Origin: Podarcis pityusensis
Lineage: Eukaryota
Direction: 5' to 3' (one strand)
DNA: 64,000 bases
Assembly (NCBI GenBank): GCA_964106645.2
Contig: OZ067051.1
This document shows positions 61,812-64,000 of the stretch, in pieces. The notes under the pieces were generated by a model. It saw only the letters and a list, made by a program, of their open reading frames with translations. It was not told the origin of the DNA and made no database searches. The translations under genes and the position numbers were made by a program. The stretch's first letter is position 1. The number at the start of each line of letters is the position of its first letter.

Positions 61812-64000
61812 TACTTCCAAGCCATCCCGCTTTGGAAGGGGCAACAAGTTATCCCCTTCTGGAATAAAATCATCAGCTGACATCACCTTAAGCTCTTCAT
61901 GGCGTAAGTATAGCTTTCTAAGGGCTAGGATGGGGACCAGCCTGCAAAGCTCCGGAAGATGCAAACCCCAGAAGAGTGCACTTAAGCACACAGAGCTATA
62001 AGCTTAGCATGGAGTTGGAGAACCTGTGGCCCTCCAGATGTGGCTGGACTATGACCTCCATCATCCCTGACCATTGGTCATGACTGCTGAAAATGGAGTC
62101 CAGCAGCATCTGGAGCGACTTCATGAGCTTAGCATTTATAGACTGTGTAATACAGAGACACACACTCTCTCTGTGTGTGTTAGGCAGCCTGGGACACAAA
62201 TACACACACATTCCTTAGACAGAAGGTTATGCATTGGGTGCCAGGAAGCACATTCCTTGCCTCTAGGTGAAATGTTTCCATTATTGATATTGTTCTGTAC
62301 CGAAGCAACGAAGAAGGGATTTCAGATCCCTGCACGGGCGCCAGTTAAAATGAACCGAGAAAAGTGTGCATCGCAGAGAGGAAGTTGGCAGGAGAAACCC
62401 AAACCAGAAAGAAAAACAAGAGGTGCAATTGAGAACAGGAGCCCTGTATGTAATAGCACGTATTGCCCCTCCTAAATCAAGGGTTTCACCATATGGATTT
62501 GGCTGGGCACAAGGCGGGGGGGGGGGAGCAAGGATACTGTTTCTGTCAAGAGCCCAAGCTTTTCATACAGGAAGGAATGGGTGGGATCTGAGCCAAAGCA
62601 CACACACAAGGCTGTATAGAACGGGGCCGACACCCTCCAGCAAGACAGTAGACCTACTGTATACAAGCCTTCGCCAACCTAGCACCCTCCAGATGTTTTG
62701 CGCTACATATCCCATCAGCCCAAGCCTGCACACTGGGCCAAGGCTGGCGTCTCCCTTCTTTTAGCCATCATGCTGGACCGCACCCCCCCCATCCTCAAAG
62801 AGCTTCAAGCAAGGTTGGGTGACAGGCCAGGCCAGCAAAAAGGACATACAGGGCTGTCTCCCCATTATCAGGGTCCTCAAGAATGAAAGGCTGAAAGACT
62901 TAGCGGGACACACACACACACACCGCCAAAGCAGCATGGATTTGTTTCCTTTTCCTGTATTCCACATTGGTCTTTTGAGATCACTTGTAGGGGTGAACGC
63001 ACCTCCTGTCACAGTTGAGAAAAGTTCTCTAAAGCCCATACTTGCAATCAGAAAGACTAGAAGCTTGGCTTTCAGTTATTCTGAAAGATCAGGATCCTGT
63101 TGCCAACACCAAATCCATTAGCTTTTTCTGTGCTGCTTTTTTTTCAGAACCAGAGAAGACACAAAGTGCTATAGATTGGCATTATGTGCCAAGCGGGCCA
63201 CTGTTTTGATTCAGTACTGGTTGAAGTTACAGCACATAAGCAGAGACAAGGCTTCCCCCACCCCACCCCCCCAAAAAATACAATTTGAAGCAAATTTCTA
63301 ATTCTTTATCTAACATATGTGATGCCTTTATAATTAAGTGTGAACTAATTTCTGATGTCCTTAATGCTACTACTCTTGTATCTGCAAAATGCTGCATTCA
63401 AAAGGGAAAAACTTATACCTTCAAATTATTTTTGTTACCATCCTGTCTTAACCATGGTATGTTCAGCGCTCACGTAGTGTTTAACCATGTTTAAACAGAC
63501 TTGTCCACAAAGTGTGATTTCACATGCTGGTTGGCCATCCTAACCATGGTTTAAGCATTCAAAAATGGGAGCCTTGCTCTTGCTCAACCGGGGCGGGGGA
63601 CAACCATGGTTAAAATGTTTCATCTTCATAGGTGCATCTTACCAAAATAAGCAACCTTTGATGTACAAGGTATTGTTCAAATTTTACTCTATTTATAATT
63701 GCTTGCAGAAGAACTCAGGACAAGGGAGATCGCCTCTGAATAATTTGTAACAGGACCGCAGAAGAGGAAACCAGTTACTGTATTTCATCTTGACAAGGGT
63801 TGGCTTTCAGGCACACCAAGTGTTTGCCCTCCGCAGGAATATTTACTTCTGGCAAAACCAAGGGAGCTGAAGTCTGATACAATCTACAGAGAACAATCCC
63901 TGCACTGTGGCTCCTGTTTCAGGGGCAGTCCAGAAAGGATCTTATTCTCACTGAGAATTCCTTTATCAAGCTTCCTTTACAGAAACCACCAAAATATTTC

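Noticed and set aside
67-63750. Several hundred 60-180 aa ORFs as independent genes
   Set aside because: Apart from those overlapping RAB11FIP3 exons or LINE fragments, they show no recognisable homology, often use non-ATG starts, and cross repeats.
1-64000. CRISPR array, operon or prokaryotic defence system
   Set aside because: The sequence is intron-rich vertebrate DNA; the recurring units are dispersed transposons, not regularly spaced repeat-spacer arrays.

Overview
Vertebrate (squamate, most likely lacertid lizard, judged from the Sauria SINE, BovB, CR1 and Penelope repeat content) genomic DNA, not prokaryotic. The whole window lies inside one gene on the minus strand, RAB11FIP3 (Rab11 family-interacting protein 3). 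I traced 14 GT-AG coding exons with consistent phases from the EF-hand exon (57230-57323) to the stop codon (796-798), 1695 nt in total (564 aa plus stop). Exon 1 and the polyadenylation site lie outside the window. Apart from exon-overlapping and LINE-derived ORFs, the ORF-track entries look like chance ORFs. The introns are dense with transposons: Sauria SINEs, tRNA-, 5S- and MIR-like SINEs, CR1/L2/L1/RTE-BovB fragments, Tc1/mariner and hAT MITEs, Helitron-like elements, a Penelope-like foldback and a solo LTR. The most notable observations are: (1) a Sauria SINE plus 176 bp of its 5' flank, apparently copied in inverted orientation about 14 kb away in the same gene and bracketing one exon; (2) a repeat-poor alternative-splicing region at 11.7-16.5 kb with RBFOX motif clusters and candidate microexons; (3) a solo LTR with a 6-bp TSD nested in a MITE; (4) a TSD-flanked 1.35-kb ORF-less retroposed element. 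I found no convincing new protein-coding system. Repeat family names come from recalled consensus features, not from a database search.
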